NCBI GenBank assembly: GCA_029953675.1
Contig: JAMWBK010000005.1
Span: 1,674,001-1,738,000 of the forward strand
DNA from: Rhodosorus marinus CCMP1338
Taxonomy: Eukaryota > Plantae > Rhodophyta
Reading direction: 5' to 3'
Length of the DNA stretch: 64,000 bases
Made by a program: the position numbers and the translations under genes. Every line of letters begins with the position of its first letter. The stretch's first letter is position 1. The notes beneath the pieces were generated by a model. That model had not been told where the DNA came from, made no database searches, and was given only the letters and a program-made list of their open reading frames with translations. Positions 37,030 through 49,940 of the stretch are shown here, piece after piece.

Positions 37030-38452
37030 TCATCTCCGATGTGTGCTTCTATGAAAGTAAAGCGTTGCTTCTTTGGCATGCCGATTCACTCCATCCGCTG
37101 TCTGAACTAGGTCGTCTGCAACTTCCTTGCCCGTGGTGAATCTGGTTGGAAATGGATACATGTCCGCTTCGCGGTGTCTTAGGAAACGAGCATCTCTCAC
37201 GAAAACGAAATTCCCAGCTGCACCTGGAACAGCTCCTCCTCTAATATAGATCAGGTTGTTGATCCCATCAACCTTGTATACCTGCTCAAACGAAATTGCC
37301 ACACCAGCGCATTAACAGTAGTATGCAAGAAAGAGTCAGACTTCAAGACGTGTTCGTCTCGTATGCTCGAAAGTCCAAGGCCACACATTCATCTTGACGC
37401 GCAAGTAGTTTCCTTTGAAAAACAGATCTTACCTGAAATTTCTGGATTGTCTTCCTCTTTCCACCCATTCTGCCCGCCATCTTTCGCCCCGGTTTGGTCT
37501 TGATGGCTCTTGTACCGGTCGAGCCAAGTGATCTGGCGGCTTTCGTAACCCCGTGAGTACGACCTTGACCTTTGAATCCCCATCGCCTAACGGCACCTTG
37601 GAAACCTAAAAAGGAGTGGAACGACGACCATCCTTGCTAAGTAGGTTGTGAGGGAAGCCAACAGAAGAACTGCTGTGTACTTTCCCGGCTCATACCTTTC
37701 CCTCTCGTGACGCCCTGTACATCAACGTGCTGCCCAGCGACGAAATGGCGTGCAGTAAGCTCCGTTCCAGGAGGCAAAAGGGCATCCTCAGTAACGCCAA
37801 ATCCGCACGTCTTCCTCTTCGGCTCGACTCCAGCAGTGGCGAAGTGATACCGCTGGGCCCTTCTCACCTTGTACGGTCTCTCCAAACCGGCGGAAACCTA
37901 AAAGAATGTGCGGGTGAGAGTAAGAACAAACGGCAACCAAAAACTGGATGATCCTTGTTACTCGATTGATCAAGCAGAAGACGTAGAACTCATGAACTCG
38001 ACACATACCTCGAGGTGCCAGTGGCCAGTTTTGCTGTTAAGCTGTGGTTTTTCCACTGCAGTAACGTGACACCGGTCTACGCAAAGTACTGAACAGTTAA
38101 ACCGTTTGTTATTCACATCCCACAATCCAATATTTCCCACTTTCACTGCTATGAGCCCGGTTCGCACGCTTTTCCGAGTCTGTTTCCTTCCAGGGGTCCA
38201 CAACGGGAACATCTGGTCCTCGGTTAGACTCGTTACTCCCGGCATATACTTTTGTGCCCCATCTGCCTCCTCTAGCCCAGAACTAAATATCACTTTCTCA
38301 CCAAGCCCTTCTTCGGCATTTTCAATAGACCCCAGATTTCCTTCTCCTTCATCAGGAGGAACGTTAGTGCTTGTAAACCTCCTCCCTATAGACTGTATTC
38401 CTCTCCATCGCGAATTCCAAGCACAGGACGAGCTCACCAGCTGACGAAACAT
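37030..38452 (-). CDS. MRPL3: Mitochondrial ribosomal protein L3 (uL3m); multi-exon
   Basis: RTGLIAVKVG, HFVAGQHVDVQGVTRGKG, VYKVDGINNLIYIRGGAVPGAAGNFVFVRDA; Arg/Ser-rich presequence starting at 38452. Confidence 0.92.
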
Positions 38453-39470
38453 ACCCTCCTCCCAGGCCACAAAATACGCAATCGAATCCTCTAAATACAG
38501 GTGCAGACGGCCAGACCACGTCCCCTCAGCTACGCAACACCCTCATTCCCCTCCCCACCCCCCCTAAAAAACGAAAAATCAGACACACGGCAGGCCAGAT
38601 GTCCTTTACCCGGAAGCCCCCTTCACAAAAGTGTCAAGTTACCAATCTACATACAGATAGAGCTACTGTAAAGCAATCAGGCAGTGATGGCTCACCAAGA
38701 AAACCCCGCAAAAAAAAAAAGAAGAAGAGAACAACCTCCTCGACATTGCTAGTCTCACTCCTACCCCACCCACCCAACCAAATGTGCCAGCTGCTTCCTT
38801 CATCAGCTAGATCTGCTTACCCCCTCCCTCACTTTTAGGGGGGGGTTGAGGGAACCCCGGCTTTCCTCAACAATCAATATATCAATCATAATCATATTTG
38901 ATTGAATCAATAATTTTAAAAACTATTTAGGTATTCGTAAATTATCCATTATAACACGTACACGTGTCTCTAATATCAAATCGAGACGCGTGTTTGATGA
39001 GTGATATTTTTAACCCCTGGTCGAATAACACCCATATGACTACAATTGTGCTTAATAAATAAATATGTTTTGAACAATATGATAAGTGAACAGCTTGTGC
39101 CTTAGGGGTCTGACAATAGATTTGCTTTTGATGAAGAAAATTGGAGAGGTCGTTTGTTTTTATTTTGTTGGGTGTGTTTATGTTGTTTGTTAATTTTTTG
39201 GGTTGCGGACCGCCGACGTCGATAGGGCGTTTTCTGGGAGTGGGGTTTTGTTTTTTTTTTCCTGGGCATTGGGATGGTGGTACGAAAATTGGGGTATTTT
39301 GGAAGGGGGCGTTGAGCTTGGCGGTGTGCACGGAGTTGATTAGGGATGGTGTTGGGGAAGGTGGACGGGGAAGTTTGAAGTGCTGGGGGAGGGGGGTTGT
39401 GTGTGGGGTTGGTCGCCGGTGGGATTTGTGTTTGTGTGTTTTTTGTTGGGTGAAGTAGTTTTGACTAACT

Positions 39471-40422
39471 ATGGTGTCGATGAACAGGGATCGTCGGCGT
39501 GCGGCCAAGGAGGTTCGTTCTGTTTTCATCATTTGTTGTGGGGTTGTTTAGGGGGTTGTTTGTTGTTAATCTGTTAGGTAGCGGCTGTTTCTTTGTGCTT
39601 TTTGTTACGTTTTTTTTGCTGAGCGGGTGTTTTTTTTATCTTGTCTTGGGGATGGATATAGGCTGCAGCAGCTCCAGTGAAGGCTGCTGTCGAGAAGCCG
39701 ATCGGAGGGGAGAAGAATGGTGGGAAGAGGCTTGTACAGCCGAAGGCTGCATATTATCCGGCTGATGACGTGAAGAAGCCGTTGCCATCGCGAAAGCACA
39801 TTCACAAGCCGACGAAGTTGAGATCTTCGATAACTCCCGGTACTATTCTTATTCTATTGGCCGGAAACCACCGGGGAAAGAGAGTCGTTTTCCTGAAGCA
39901 GCTTGATACTGGTCTGATGTTGGTTACTGGACCATATTCAGTCAACGGGGTTCCCTTGAGGAAGGTCGACCAGGTAAGTTTCGGCCATACTTCAACTTGA
40001 TTGTCAAGACGCAACTCGGATGGGCGGGTTCGCCGGGTATCCGGATACGCCCCAGCGTCGGCATCCACCTAGTCACTAGGTAACTTTGTTGTTGGTAGCT
40101 AATTGATGATGAGTTTCAATTTTAGGCTTACGTCATTGCCACATCGACGAAGATCGACGTTTCCGGAGTTGATGTCAGTAAGTTTGACGGCAAGTACTTC
40201 AAGAAGGACAAGTCGAAGAAGTCCAAGAAGACTGAAGAGGATTTCATGGCGGTGGAGTCGACCGAAAAGAAGTCCGAGATCCCTGAGGGCAAGGTCGCCG
40301 ACCAGAAGGCGGTAGACACTGCTATCATCACTGAGCTGAAGAAGGAAGAAATGCTCATTGCCTACTTGGGGGCGAGGTTTTCTCTAACAAAAGGACAGTA
40401 CCCTCACAAGATGGTGTTCTAG
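39471..40422 (+). CDS. RPL6: 60S ribosomal protein L6 (eL6); 3 exons
   Basis: [53 protein letters not shown]|[11 protein letters not shown]...[19 protein letters not shown]. Introns 39513-39661 and 39974-40125. Confidence 0.97.
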
Positions 40423-40678
40423 AGCGTCGACGGTACAATTTCAAATATAGATGTCTTGTTAAAATGATCGAGTTCTTATGCAAAGCAAAGCAAAAGTTGG
40501 CCCTCGTCCGATTCCAGTCCAAAAATCAAGTTTAGATGGGCCTCGAGCCGACCAAAGCATACAATAACTTGCAAAACGAAGGCTGCGCTCGCCGACGATG
40601 CGTGCTCATTCCTGGGAGTAGGGAAGAAAGGGGCTAGGTATTGATGAATCCCTCTTGGGAAGACCTAGGGCCAGCGGA

Positions 40679-41278
40679 ATGGACAGGTCGGGCAGCAAAG
40701 TTGAGGAACAAATACGTGCTGCACTTTGGCGGGCGATTAAGGACTCAACTACGAGCATAAATAAAGGTGCTCAGGAGAACCTTGTCGAGTTCCTAGCGGA
40801 CGACCTAGTAGAGGCTCAAAAGAGTAAGGAGTCGGCGCTTTTGTTCGAGTCTCAGCAACTCGAGGCTTTGCTAGAGGATGTGTGGCTGAGCGCGGAAGGT
40901 GTTGAGGAGGATGAGGACAGAAAATTCTTTGAGTGCCTATCCCACGAGCTTAAATTGGTTCAAGCTAGATTCGAAGAGGACAATGACTCCGAGCTGGAAG
41001 GTGTATGCCAACTATGCGAACGAGAAATACCGCTGACTAGACACCATGTGTTTCCGAGAGCGGTCCACAAGGACTTAAAAAGAAAAGGATATACAATTCA
41101 GCAGCTAAGCGCGACGGTGAGCATTTGTCGCTCATGTCACACGGCCATTCACAAATTCATCCCCGAGAAGGAGCTGGCCTTGCACTACAATACAATCGAG
41201 GCCCTCGAGGAACACGAGAAGGTGAAGAACTTCATTGAATGGAATTCAAAGCAGAAAGTCCGCACAAAGCGAAGATGA
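40679..41278 (+). CDS. HNH-endonuclease-like zinc-binding protein (YisB-like C-terminal domain)
   Basis: CQLCEREIPLTRHHVFPR...ICRSCHTAIHKFIPEKELALHYNTIEAL; intronless; first ATG at 40679. Confidence 0.78.
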   Translation: MDRSGSKVEEQIRAALWRAIKDSTTSINKGAQENLVEFLADDLVEAQKSKESALLFESQQLEALLEDVWLSAEGVEEDEDRKFFECLSHELKLVQARFEEDNDSELEGVCQLCEREIPLTRHHVFPRAVHKDLKRKGYTIQQLSATVSICRSCHTAIHKFIPEKELALHYNTIEALEEHEKVKNFIEWNSKQKVRTKRR

Positions 41279-42774
41279 GCGAGCGGTCAAGAGCTTCTGG
41301 AGCACCAAGGAGTTTTGAAACGGCGTAAGGCTCAAAGATCAGCCTGAAAGATGCCCGTTCCATAGTAGGAGCCGGTCACGCAAGCCATCAATCTGACAAC
41401 TGTGGAATCTCATTCATGGCTGAAGTCGCAACGAGGAAAACACCACCATTTCCAAAAAACACCAGAATTGTTCAGGAGGCAGTTTGGCAGACCATGGAAA
41501 TGTGAAATTAGATGCGATTACTACTCAAGCGCGAGGGATAAACGGCATTTCCTATGCCCTAATTGGCTATGACCTTTTTGTCCTTTGTGGCTCAGAAACT
41601 CGCTGTGAGCAAGTACATAGTTCAGAGAAGAAAGTCAGTCCCCGGTGTGCGCGTTCCGAAAATGTGCTGCGAATGAGGAAGTGGCCAGTTCGGCGCATAC
41701 ACTTGAAAGAGATGTTTCTGAAGGTTGCGCAACCGCTCAATCTGTGTTTTGTAGTTGCTGAGCGAAAACGAAATCGGAGCCTGCACAGATAAATTTCGGC
41801 ACGGTTCATGCTGAGTCGAGATCCCTTTGGGTCATTAAGCTTGCATCTGGTCAAGCAAGCGGTGACACTGGAATGCCGAGATGCACAACCGCAGCATGAG
41901 GGTCTCCTTCGGGTTAATGCTATCTGTCCAAAACAAGAAATTCTTAGTTTTCATGGACTCTTTATCCCTCTCTCATACATCTAACATACAAGCAAAAGTG
42001 GGCTAGCCGTCGATGAGAGCTTACCGCTAGGGGGTCTTCTCGTTGGTTCCCTGTCCTGACGGTTGTGCCACTGCACTTTCTCTAGATCAGAGTCTGGGCA
42101 CCATATTCTCCTAATCAAGCAGTGATATCTACAATACTTCTGTAGAGGTTCTGCCAGCGACGGGATTTGCAATCTACTGAACGTACGCTTCTAAAGGACT
42201 CTCAATTTCTTTGTAAAATCTTAAATTCACTGGGGTTTTATTAAAATGAATTCACTGAGGGCGTAACCTGGACAAACAGCTGAATTCCTACTCGTTCTGA
42301 GTCCACTTGACATCATCTAATTTTAACGAAATTATGATCTTCAGCCCTGGTTGGTGGTTTGGATCTGGATTTGCCGATTGGGTTGGACGAGATATTGACT
42401 TGCCTTGCTGGGTTGGGCAAGCGAATGCCTGCATTGAAGATCGGTGGCTTGCGATTTTGGAGGCGTAAGGACAGCTGATTATCAGTCGGTGAATCCGGAA
42501 CGTTGCTTATATTTCTGGATGAGAAGGGAACAGTCCAATCCATTCCCTTTCAACCTTGGCTCGCGCCGGTGCTCTAGTTTGGTGCAGTATATCGAGTTCG
42601 AAAATGCGTCCTTCACGCTTACCCAATGAGATTGTTTCCAGTACTTAACAAAGCCTCACTTTGATCTGAAATGGATTGGGTCCAGGTCTAAATAATAAAA
42701 AATTCTGAACACCCTTCCGTCACCGCAGCCCACCCCTTCACCGAAAATCATCGCCTTTCCATACCTCATCAAGA

Positions 42775-43120
42775 TCCCATGTCACCTACAGTCCCATGTC
42801 ACATCCGTGGCCCCATGGCACATCCGCGTCTTCTGTCAAGAGAGTCCCCATGTCACACCGGCGTCTTCTGTCACCAGAGTCCCATGGCACATCCGCGTCT
42901 TCTGTCACCAGAGTCCCACGGCATATTCGTGTCTCCTGTCTCCAGAGTCCCTTGTCACATCCACGTCTTCTGGGCACCAGAGTCCCATGTCACATCCGTG
43001 TCTTCTGTCACCAGTGTCCCATGGCACATCCGCGTCTTCTGTCACCAGAGTCCCATGGCACATCCGCGTCTTTTGTCACCAGAGTCCCATGGCATATCCG
43101 CGTCTTCTGTCAACAGAGTC
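42775..43120. repeat. 34-bp minisatellite, about 9 full units plus partial 5' units
   Basis: Consensus tcccatggcacatccgcgtcttctgtcaccagag arranged head-to-tail with point variants; no spacers. Confidence 0.95.
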
Positions 43121-43836
43121 TTTGGTAGCTGTGAGCAGAAGTGGATTGCCAAAGCTGAGATTTGGAGTGCTTAGCTGGACAGCATGGGATGTTCAGCAAA
43201 GGGCTACTGTGAAGAGAGGAGGATCAAGAAGGTGGGGATTTCTTGGTGGAAGGTGAGTGGGAAGGTTTTATAAGCAGAGGAAGGGGTTTGAAGGTGAAGG
43301 TGGTGGTGGAAAAAGGGGTCGTGAACTAAGAAGGGATTGAAGAGAACAGGAACAGAGCTGGGTGAAATAAAGGACAGGGGGAGGTCCTTGTTGGAAACAA
43401 ACTGGACAAGAGGTTAAGTTGAGAGCGGGTTCTCAGGTGGAATTAAGGGAACTGGGGGGTTTTTTACAATAGCAGAGGCTATCCTTGGTGGAAGAGGGGA
43501 CGAGGGAATAGTCTGGGCGGGTTGGGTGCGGGAGACTGAGGTCGGGCTTTTTGTTGTGAAATCGTCCGTTGTAGAAGAGAAATTTGCCTGGCTCAGAGTG
43601 CTTGGCAAAACTGCGAAAACTGATTACCCGTTGAATGGACTAGGATTTTGCTTTCCTGGCTTATTGCATTAGGAGTTGAGTTTTAATAACGTTTCAGGGG
43701 TTGCCAGTCTTTACGTGGGAAGAGGGATTTATCAGTAGTATGTGTTGAACCACAGGAGTTGGAGGTTGCCGTAGGGAAAAACCAAGAAGGGCGGTTTGCG
43801 TCGTAGTTGGTATTGCATTGGAGGGAGTGAGAGGTG

Positions 43837-45035
43837 ATGTCTGTCGAAGCAGAGGTGGCAGTTGAAGGTTCGTTTTCGTGTCCGATATGTATAGCGGACT
43901 ATGGTGCGAACGAGAAGTGGTGTTCCCCCGAAGCATGTTCTCACAAGCTCTGTCAAGAGTGCGCGGAACAATATTTTGATGCGGCAATCAAGAATAGAGA
44001 CCTTCCGCTACGTTGCGTAATCCCGGATTGCGGGTGTACGTATGAACGTCAACAGGTTGAGCACGTGCTAGGCAAAGATGACCTCTCAAAGTATGAGGCG
44101 ATTCTCCTCTTGAACTATCTCGAATCAGACCCAAATGTGAGATTTTGTCCTGTAGCGGACTGTCCGTTTGCGGTCATTGGGACCCCAGATGATCCAGTCA
44201 TTGAGTGCGGGGTGTGTGGTGGGTCCTTCTGCTTCACCTGCAGGAACAGCTGGGCCGAGGGTCACAAATGCGTCTTGTTTGAGGGCGTAGACAGCGTCAA
44301 AGCATGCCCTAAGTACGTGAATTCGAATCCAGGTTCCAAGTTCCTATCTCTTGACCTCACTGGTCGCTAGTCTGAGTCATGACTAACGCATTTGAGTTTT
44401 AAACATGTACAGCTGTAATATCCCAATTCAGAAGCTCCAGGACAATTCGTGCAATAAGATGGTGTGTCCCCAGTGCAAGTGCGCGTTCTGCTGGCTGTGC
44501 AGGAAAGAAGTCAACGAAATTGATCACTTTTGGACACCATCAGGATGTACCTACTATGGAAAGAGTACCCAGGGCAAACGGCGGAGGTGTGTATACACTG
44601 TGATATACCTAGTGGGCTCACCTGTGTTTATCGGCTTCGTGGCAGTCATGCTCGTGCCCGTTGTGGTCATCCAAATCCCATATTCCGCGGTGCAGAGGGC
44701 CCATGAGAAGGGCAAATCACGGCTACATTTGGTGCGCTGCTTTCCGCCAAGATCTGCTTGCTTGCATTATTTCCGGCGAGCTGTGCTCATGAGGTTCTGG
44801 ATTGACTGAAGAAATTGTTCTTGCCACATCTTAACAGATCGGAAATGGCGTTGCCGGTGCCATGATATCACCGTTCGCAGCCGCTGCGGCAGTTGCTGTG
44901 TTCGTTCCGTACGCCTTGGGCGTGGTATATATATACGTTCCAGCCTCCTTCTTCTCAAGACACATCTTGAGACGTTTTCGGCGACGAAAAGGCAGAACCG
45001 ATACTGAAAGAATCAAAGATTGTACAAAAGTGTAA
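43837..45035 (+). CDS. RBR (RING-IBR-RING) E3 ubiquitin ligase with C-terminal hydrophobic segments (RNF144/RNF19-like); 3 exons
   Basis: RING1 CPIC...CSHKLCQEC...LRCVIPDC; IBR RFCPVADC...CGVCGGSFCFTCRNSWAEGHKC; RING2 ACPNCNIPIQK...CNKMVCPQCKCAFCWLC (intron 44313-44412); TM-like tail. Confidence 0.88.
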
Positions 45036-45284
45036 CTGTGAATAGACCCAGGCTTGGTTCGTCCTCATGGGACTATCCGGAGGCTGCTACGACACCTCAT
45101 GGCAGTAATAGAAAGCTTAAAAAGAAACAAAAGCAAGTGAACTTTGAACGCCGTCCGCCTAATATTGACTCTAAGAAGAGCCCAAGTCCACCCCGCAAAT
45201 ACTTTATGCAATTGCCTACCCAGCTCCGGGACCAGCAGGACAAGAACAAGGGTTAGGCGAAGATTTCGTTCGGCTTTCTCAAGC

Positions 45285-45979
45285 ATGGCTTTTGTTGGGT
45301 TAGCGCCAAGGTTGCATTGCCGCGGATTGAGAGTGCGCTGTTGTAGCCTCGAAGGCAGCAATGATAAAAAAGCGAAGGTTGAAGAGGCCATTTTTGCCCT
45401 GAGGACGGATCTCCCTCGGCAGTATGATGCAGTGTTTTCCCTCGACTTTTCTATTTTTGCGGACGATGTTACCTTCGATGATCCGTGGACGAAAATTAGG
45501 GGAAAGCTCAACTATCGAGGCATGTTGTACACTTTAGCAGCGATCAAAGCGGTAAGCCAGGAAACGATCAAGCGACTGGCCACCGATTTTCGTAAAAACT
45601 CGACCCTGCATTCTAATCACAGATGCCACCCAACCATGTTCACCCGCGGACATTTGTAGGTTTTCTTCTCCGATGCCGTTTTTGACCTCTCAAGCTGCGA
45701 GCTAGCTGAAGACGACACAAAGATTCGAACAAGGTAGTCACCCAGAGATGTCTTTGGAACCACAAGTCGAAAGCAGTTTCAAAAGTCTTTTCTTTTGCTG
45801 AAGACCTGTTTTCTTTTTTCTTCCGGACGTGAATGTTTTCTGTACACACCAAAATCAGGTGGCTTACCAAAGGAAGACTTCGACTGATCGATAGGGAAAT
45901 AAGCTTGAGTGGTACCGACTATTTCCATCTCGACGATGAAGGACAAATTGTGAGACACGAGAGCCTCTGGGATTCATAA
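45285..45979 (+). CDS. DUF2358 (NTF2/SnoaL-like) protein with plastid transit peptide; 3 exons
   Basis: MAFVG start, LRTDLP...SIFADDVTFDDPWTKIRGKLNY, and last exon GTDYFHLDDEGQIVRHESLWDS*. Confidence 0.82.
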
Positions 45980-46150
45980 AGGCAAAGAAGCGTCTTTGGG
46001 AAGGCTCCTCTCCCCCCCTGCCCACCTACATACACTTTTCGTCGGAAAGGGGTATACACTCTAATCGCTCCAGTGGGTTGCAATGCCCACCGTCCACAAT
46101 ACCCATCGCTCCTAGACGGATAGCATCGCTAGTGGTCCTCTTGTGGGGTC

Positions 46151-47395
46151 TCATCTTCTCCTCGCTTCTTCCATACGTTGCTTGAAAAGGGACTTTCTTG
46201 TAGTTTTCTGGATCCATAAGTTAAACATTGGTCAGAGATAGAACTGGTTCAGTTCATGTCTCTTCTAATCGTATCAAGCGATGTACTAAACATCTTTTGA
46301 ACAGTTCCTTTGGTAGGTAGCTTACCTCTTCTTTCGAGCTCTCCGGAGCTTCTGCGGGGGGCTCCTGGGCGACATACTGAGGCGTCATAGTGTCTGAAAT
46401 AATTTCAGTTTTCGGAACCTCGACCACCCTCTGTGAGGCTTCAGCGTTTTGAACTGGTTGTGACGGTTTTGAAGACACCACCGATGGCTTCGTCTTTGCT
46501 TTTGCGGATTTTGATTCAAGCAAAAAACCTTTGCGTAGACCAGTCAACGTGGACTCCCTTGTTTGTTGCTCTGAAGACTCCTCTTCCTCCTCAACGAGCT
46601 TATCAAGGAGGGCCATTTCTTCCTCTAGTGACCTCATTTGAGTCTCCTCGTCGTCGCTTTCCGTCTCCGATATATAGTCCTCCATGACGTGATCTGTGCC
46701 GTAGTATAGCCGGTCAGTCTAGTGGCTTAGCAACATGTTCACTGCTTTCCATTGTGGAGCGGAATCCTACCTTGATTGACACCGCGGACGTTGACGGGAT
46801 TCATGGAATCTTGATCGTCATACTCCTCCTCCAGCAGAACTACGTTTTCATTCAGCTCATTCTGCAAAGCTGTGCGGCCTGACGCCAAAGCTTCTGCGAA
46901 GTTTTCCAACAGTTTTGACCTATCTGCCGGGTTACTTGGTACCCCAGAAGGAAGAGTTTTCGGAGTAGCGGCCTCTGTCTTAGTGTCACTCGAGAAGCTT
47001 ACGGATTTCTTCTCAGCGGGGACTACTTGCACCTGTGCTGCTCTCTCCTCAGACTCAAGACTGGGCGCAACTGCTGTGATCGGCATATCAGTTGAGGTCA
47101 GCTCGATAATTTGCTCGTCGATCCTTGCGATACGTCGTTTCACGATTTCAATCGCATCATACGCTGAAACGTTTGCAAAGTAGTTGTCCCCAAGCAAGAC
47201 CATGACCTCGTTCGTATGTTTAATCCTGCCCGGAACGATCGCTCTAGGACCAATAGGTACTAGTCCTGAGACCGTTCGCCTTCGTGGAATCTGACCCAGA
47301 GCATCTAAAACCTTCACATTGCTCTTTCGCCTCGCCTCTAACGTGGCCAGTCTTGTCGCAGATCCGACCTGATATAGGCCAGGGTCATCCGCCAT
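46151..47395 (-). CDS. URI1: Unconventional prefoldin RPB5 interactor (URI1/Bud27-like); multi-exon
   Basis: LVPIGPRAIVPGRIKHTNEVMVLLGDNYFANVSAYDAIEIVKRRI (alpha-prefoldin domain), an acidic middle region, and C-terminal KSLFKQRMEEARRR*. Confidence 0.82.
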
Positions 47396-48823
47396 TACGG
47401 TCCCAGCGCTGAAATCAGAAATTACTGCGACTAGTTCTCACAAACTCGATGGGTATTTCGAAGAGATCTCCATTCCAGCCCAGATCGACACCAAGAGCTC
47501 AATCATGGTTGACCCAAGCCGTGACTTGCCACGCCCCTTTCAACAAAGGAACTCGATTCAAAACGGGCTCTTCAGACGTTCATTGATACTCCGTTGACTC
47601 GGAAAAACCTGGATTGAACCTGCCCTACCGCTTTGGCCAGGAAACCTAATACCAATAGCGAAACTGCCAGTTTGTGTTGGACAAAATCCTCACGGAAAAT
47701 TTCAGTCAGTATCACCTTTATAGATGATGGTTCAGTTCAAACGCGATCGTATGTATCCCATCCTTGTCTGCTTTACAACCTCCAACCCAACACTAGAGCC
47801 CAAACCCTGTCGCGCATCCAAAAAACTCGTCTTCAACTAGGGCCTTCCGGAACCCGAACGCCTGTCAAACCATAAATGACATGATCAGTCATTAAACGTC
47901 TGTTAAAAATTAAAAATATTATTTGATAATGACTAATCCGATCATTTTCACGGTGTACGAAAAAAACACCGAAAATAGTATTCATATAAATGTATCTGAA
48001 TAAAAATATCTGAATTTATATTTATTATTTAGTCACATGATTTAGTGAGGGGTTTCAAAATCGCGAGAAAGCGAATTTTGGAGTAAAATATTTATAAATA
48101 TGTGGTATGTGGAGATAACCAAGGGGGTATCACAGAGTTGAAGCTTGTATTAATATCATTTTAAAAAAGGATGTTTCTGTGATTTATATAACATGAAATC
48201 GACTAATGAACTCTTTTCAGGCTAGAGCACGTCTAGCTCTCTGGGTATTTCATAAATGATTGATACGATGATTATTTTATTGAAAGGGAGATGACATTTA
48301 TAAGATTGGGACAATGGGATGGGACAGTTCAGCGCCTCAGATAGATTCAGAGCTGCGGTCGGTGAGAAATAAATAGAATTTATTTTTTTGGGGGGTGTGT
48401 GTGTGTGTGTTTTGGAATTGGATACTTTGAAAGTTCATTGATCACATCTGCAAGAGGATATGAGCAAAGGACACGAGATATGAAGAGATCCGTTTTCCAT
48501 CTAGAAAAGGAGCGCTCTAGGCACGCAAAAGTCTCCATGAAATTGCGAGACACAGGAGAGAGAGCTACAAAAATTGCGGGCCCACCTATTGTCTACCTAA
48601 TGCAACGCTGGCGAAGCATTCGGCTTGCTCCTAACAGAACCCGCAAGTTGGGTCAAGGCGGAGAGTTTAGAGAACTGTCTCAGGCAAGCTGGGAGGCTAA
48701 TCAGCGGCGTGGGCTTCCATTTTCGTTCTTGAATGAGCAGGGGGGGATGCGTGAAGGATCTTATTTTCCTTTGATGATGAAGTAGTCCTATGTTTCCGTT
48801 CCAACCCTCTCCCTGTTTGGACC

Positions 48824-49940
48824 ATGGGATTGACTGGGTGGTTAGGATTTGTGTCCAGTGGAGTGTCACTATTTAAACCGCAGAAGCGGGTGAGTTTTAG
48901 TACGAGGCCCGTTGGAAGAACCTGCAGAACGGCGATTCCGGTAAGCTCTGGTTGAGAACGTAATATAGATGTGTTCAGAGGCTTCTCTATGCGATCTGTC
49001 TAATTGGTGTCTGTGGATGTTGACCTCTTTGCGACAGGGTCTGGAGTGGCTACTTTTTTTTGGGCTTATCAAGGGCTTCGGCACCGGTAATCAAAACCCA
49101 GCGCCTCCTCAAAAAGATGCATCATCTGATAAATCGGAGCGAGTTAAGCCAATTAACTTTGACGAAGATGACATCTCCACAGAAGTTGCTACTGATTCCT
49201 CAACGCGGGGCGCTGAGGAGTGCAAATGTGGCAGCGAACGCCGTTATGAAGACTGTTGTCTACCAATTCATTTAGGCAGAAGACGCTCGGAAACACCCGG
49301 GGACCTGCTCAAGGCTCGATTTTCAGCATATGCGTATAAACTGCCAGGTTTGAAATGCGGACGGGACCGAGTAAGACTGTGGTGAAAGAAAAGGAGGGTC
49401 ACTCTGACGAAGAAGTCTTTACCTCAATGCAAAACAGAGTACATCCTCAGGTCCACGAGTGTAGAGAGCACGGACTGGGTTAGCCGTAAAGATAAGAGGA
49501 AATGGAATGCGTGGAAGGAAGAAGTACAGGAATTTTGCGACAATACCGAACCGCTGAAGCTGGAGATTTTGAAAGAGCAGGAGTCTGAAAGCAGAAATCG
49601 AGCGTCCGTCGTGTTCAGGTCTGGAGATTAACAAACAAACCGAAAATTGGTCAAATACGTTGTTCGTAGGGTTCGCATGACTCAACTTGGCTTGGTGCCG
49701 GTCCTACGTCTATCGTCTTTTTCGGGTCTAAAGAGTGGACTTGAAGCAAGCAGGTGAAAACGTGAGCTTTGTAGAGAAGTGCCTAGTCACTTGGTCAGAG
49801 TTTGGGTGAGAAAAGCTTGCATGGGGATCAGCATTCTGTCTTGTTTGATGGCATTCAAATGCACTCACAAGCCGTTTTATGTGGATCTCTCTTCAAGCTA
49901 TTCGTACGTGGATGGCAAGCTGTTGGATGTAATGGAATAG
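48824..49940 (+). CDS. YchJ / SEC-C motif protein (UPF0225-like), probable plastid transit peptide; multi-exon
   Basis: CKCGSERRYEDCCLPIH, TPGDLLKARFSAYAYKL, YILRST, LKLEIL, SFVEK and terminal YVDG. Putative first exon MGLTGWLGFVSSG; start is uncertain. Confidence 0.75.

Noticed and set aside
41400-42600. Possible minus-strand hypothetical gene
   Set aside because: Only short unconnected ORFs; no supportable exon chain or homology.
42775-43120. 34-bp repeats as a CRISPR array or repeat protein
   Set aside because: Units are contiguous with no unique spacers, there are no cas genes, the context is eukaryotic, and the period is not a multiple of three.
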